DNA of 56,263 nt, counting the filler, from Platydemus manokwari (taxonomy: Eukaryota), in assembly GCA_037951405.1 (NCBI GenBank). It is 5 parts of 5 records of this genome, joined end to end, with 100 filler letters (N's around TTAATTAATTAA, not from the genome) between each part and the next. Parts side by side here need not be neighbours in the genome. Positions count along the whole stretch, not along the records: positions 45,637 to 56,263 come from JBBMOY011118330.1; 4 more parts are not named here. One strand, 5' to 3'. Positions 52,901-56,263 of this stretch are shown here, one piece after another (within the stretch, counting starts at the first letter, position 1; each line of letters starts with the position of its first letter). The position numbers and the translations under genes were made by a program. The notes beneath the pieces are model-generated. The model saw only the letters and a list, made by a program, of their open reading frames with translations. It was not told the DNA's origin and ran no database searches.

Positions 52901-53975
52901 TGTACATCACATATTTTGATGTATGGGTATCTCGAATATCAATGTTTATGGATAAATATTAGTAGTATCTGAATCCTGAAAGTCGAACCAAGGACAGATG
53001 CAAAAGAATTATTGACCAACCATTAACATTAATAATTCCATTTAAATAAAACATAATAAAAACAAAATCTTTTTGGCCCTAATGCAGCTAATCCTTAGAT
53101 GAGTTGATCAAAATTTTATCCATAATATTTCTTAGAATAAATTTCTGTACATGGTTCAAACTTTATCATATAGTTTTCAAAGGTGTATATACTATGATAC
53201 GCAGTTCTTTCAATTATATATGCGTAACAGCTTTTTCACCTTTTTTGTTACTAAAATTATGATTATTGTGAATCTTCATACTTACGTTATATTACCTATA
53301 ATGTCTTTGGAAATTTATTATTTATTGCATCATTATTTTTCAAAATCACATTTTTTATTTATTACTTAATATTTTTTGTCTGTTGGGTCAAATCCATGAG
53401 GCATATCCACAATCATCAATAATTATATTAATCTAAATTTTATTGTTTACTTCACAAAATCACTCCAAGAATAATTAAAGATACACAAGAAGAAAAATAA
53501 AACTTCGTTAGTACCGAAATATTAAAAACAAGATATCAAATATCACAACCAAGAAATTTATTGTTTTATCATCAAGATATCAAGTACCACAATCAAATGT
53601 TTTTAGTTTGATCCTGAGAGATTGTTTTGTTTTAAGGAACTGTTGTTGATTTTGTAATGAGTATGTATATGGTAAGGTTTGGAAGTGGTGGATTTGTCGG
53701 ATTTCAATCTGATACGTTTTGGAGTCTTTGGTTTTTTATTTGATATGGTGATTTTGACACTCACTATCTACGTCTTATATCAGCCTACTGAGTTCATTTT
53801 GATTCTCAGGGAATATTTGATCCTTTGATTAATTGACCTTCTTTTGCCTCGATGTTCAGCAACTTGTACGGCAATCAGTGGAACGACGTTGATTTTTGTT
53901 TGAATCAAATGCACCACGAGAAAGCTTGAAACATTTGAAGCAACTAAAGATTGCGACAATTTTATATTTCACTAG

Positions 53976-54548
53976 TGGGTCTGTTGCATATCTAGTCCGG
54001 TGTTTGACACATTATTCGGCGAGATTACAGCATTCGCAAACCGGCAACTATTCAAAGACAAGCCTTAACCGTTCAACAAAAAACCGTGCCTAGACATCAT
54101 TAGCACCTCATCAAACTCTGAGCTCAAACTTGCTTTTGAAGCACTCAAAAACATCCGTTGCATCCGTGACGCTTGGGCCAACTCATTATCAAGTCTACTA
54201 GAAATGGACAAAGATACTACATCTCTTACTATCACCGAGCTTTTATCACCTCTTTCAAAGCTGAAACAAACCACCAAAACAAAATACGATTTAGTTCGAA
54301 TATCCAAGACAAAGCTCATCATTTGTTGCATAAATGCGCATTTTTCTGCAATGCTCGTGCTGCAACTGGGATAAAGATGCCCAAAAACAGTATTTATCGA
54401 CTTGTATCCAAATGAAAATATTTCAAAACACTTTTCGGAATTAATGAACACCAAAAATATTCCGATTAATCAAATATTTACTCTTATAAATAAGAGCCAA
54501 CAGATAGAGGGGATACTCGCCACAATCCAATCATTTGTCAACATTTAA
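53976..54548 (+). pseudogene. Decayed unknown ORF (191 codons with two internal stops), likely TE-derived
   Basis: One frame reads WVCCISSPVFDTLFGE...CIRDAWANSLSSLL...IQSFVNI* with stops only at 54066 and 54372; composition is C/A-rich, unlike the flanks. Confidence 0.4.
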
Positions 54549-55157
54549 TCAAACCCCTTTGGAACAATTTCATCACAAATACGAAACAACTGAAACTGTA
54601 GGTCAGACCTACAAATTAGAGGAAATTCACATGGATGTGGGTCACGTCTCTCAAATCCCGTGAAATACAGTGGGCATTGGTTAAACTCATCAGACATTGA
54701 TAAAAACTGCTATGTTGATAACAACAGTGTCATCGAACCCTAGGACACTACATGAGGCAGTAGACCCCCCCACAACACCCTTCTAGCCACAAGTAAAACA
54801 GAAGATGGTGAGCACTGGAGTCATTTTCCGACTTGATTTTACAACACCCTCACTTCTCGATCACACCTTACGACAACATATCTCGAACTTTGAATCAATT
54901 TTTTATTGGCTCATATCATTCTCGTTTAATGTGTTCCCGTGTGGTTATCCCTCCCCACCAACTATTAAATCCCAATTCAACTTAAAACGTACTGCCATAT
55001 ATAATAAATCTTGTTATAAATTTTAAATAAATAAAAATAAAATCATTGGTGAAATCAATGATTAATGGCAACCTAAATATTAAATAACAAAATAATGAAT
55101 AAATATAAAAATAATTATTTAAGAAATATATTTATAAATAAATGTTATAAGATGGAA

Positions 55158-55673
55158 TTATTCGTCAACTGATTCATCTTCTGATTCGTATTCTGATTCC
55201 GATTCACAACTATCTGAGTCTGATATATTTGGCATCAAATCCTCACTAATATAACTCTCATTTTCTTTTTGCTTTTCCTCAGCTGACTGAAATTCTTTGG
55301 GCCATAAATTACATGATTTGATATATTTGATTTGATCAGGAAACAAAATGAATTGAATTTCACCCCAGATTTTATTATTTTCGATTATATTCTCTGCTAA
55401 TGCAAACATACCGAATGATACATAAATAGTATCTCTGAATTTTGTTGGCATACTTAATAATGTTTCATCACCATCTGGTAAAAATGCTTGATAGAGGTTT
55501 GAGCCTACTGATTTACCCAACTAGATTTCATTTAAATATGATTAAATTGAAAAAAAGCTGCTTACTTTAAAAAGTTTTAACTTATCATCTGGTAAAGGTA
55601 GAGTGGACTGAGCTTCTTGAAGGACTAATTTACGTTTCTTATAAACAGTTATATTATTATGTTGTCTGGGCAT
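55158..55673 (-). CDS. EIF1AD: Probable RNA-binding protein EIF1AD (eIF1A-like OB-fold with acidic tail)
   Basis: Exon 1 is 55673-55566 (MPRQ...KKRKLVLQEAQSTLPLPDD), then a 45-nt GTAAG..TAG intron, then exon 2 at 55520-55158 with GSNLY, LLSMPTKFRDTIYV, GEIQFILFPDQIKYIK..NLWPKEF and a D/E/S-rich C-terminus. Confidence 0.88.
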
Positions 55674-56263
55674 ATTTAAAATAACAAAGTATTATTTAAA
55701 CAATTTTTAATTAAATGTATCCATTTTAATAAAATATTGAAAAATAAAATGCAATATAAAAAATTGGGACTACGTAAAGAAACGGGGTCATTTGATCTGT
55801 TTTCTTTATGTGAATTTTTACGTATGATATTATTTTATAATTAATTATATAAGTATATTTGTTAAAAAAATCATACAAAAATTTATTTTAATATAAATTT
55901 TAATGATAAAGAAAAATTACATGAATTAATGTAAGTTCAATGCTAGTTTTTTAATGTAATTGACTCACTTACCTGGATTGATAAAGTCTTTTGAAAATTA
56001 TTATTGCTGTGCTGATAACCAAAATTCTGAGGGAGGCTACAAGACATTCGATTTAAAATTACATAGCACTCCAAATGTTAATTTTGTCTTTTTCTTGTAA
56101 TTTTTATGGTTGCCATTTCGGTCTTGAACTGGATATAAGAAACAATTGCAATATCGAAAATTTTGTATTCTAATAAATTATTGAAAAAAACTTTGACCTT
56201 TGCAAATTATCCTCAAATTATCCAAAAATCATGAAAAACTCATAAAATTTCCTTGATGTTGAT

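Overview
AT-rich eukaryotic (animal) genomic DNA, not prokaryotic. It consists of five contigs joined by artificial 100-bp linkers (44 N + TTAATTAATTAA + 44 N) at 9253-9352, 22824-22923, 35176-35275 and 45537-45636, so adjacency across the gaps is unproven. Short GT-AG introns (mostly 37-63 nt) and strong AT bias would fit a planarian-like flatworm, but that is only an inference. Three conserved spliced genes can be rebuilt by hand: TTLL12 (minus strand, 12 exons, complete), a TAO kinase (plus strand, 5' exons missing at the gap) and eIF1AD (minus strand, 2 exons). Much of the rest is decayed retroelement sequence: two Ty3/Gypsy families with two copies each, a third LTR remnant with a tRNA-Arg-type PBS, and an R2-group non-LTR element. 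Two patterns stand out that the ORF track does not show. First, a tandem array of RING-H2 E3-ligase-like paralogs at about 13.4-22.4 kb that has been broken up by transposon insertions. Second, a family of divergent Cys-rich mosaic extracellular genes (EGF/CUB/C-type-lectin-like modules, phase-1 exon borders) with members on three of the five contigs. All alignments and translations were done by eye; no database searches were run.
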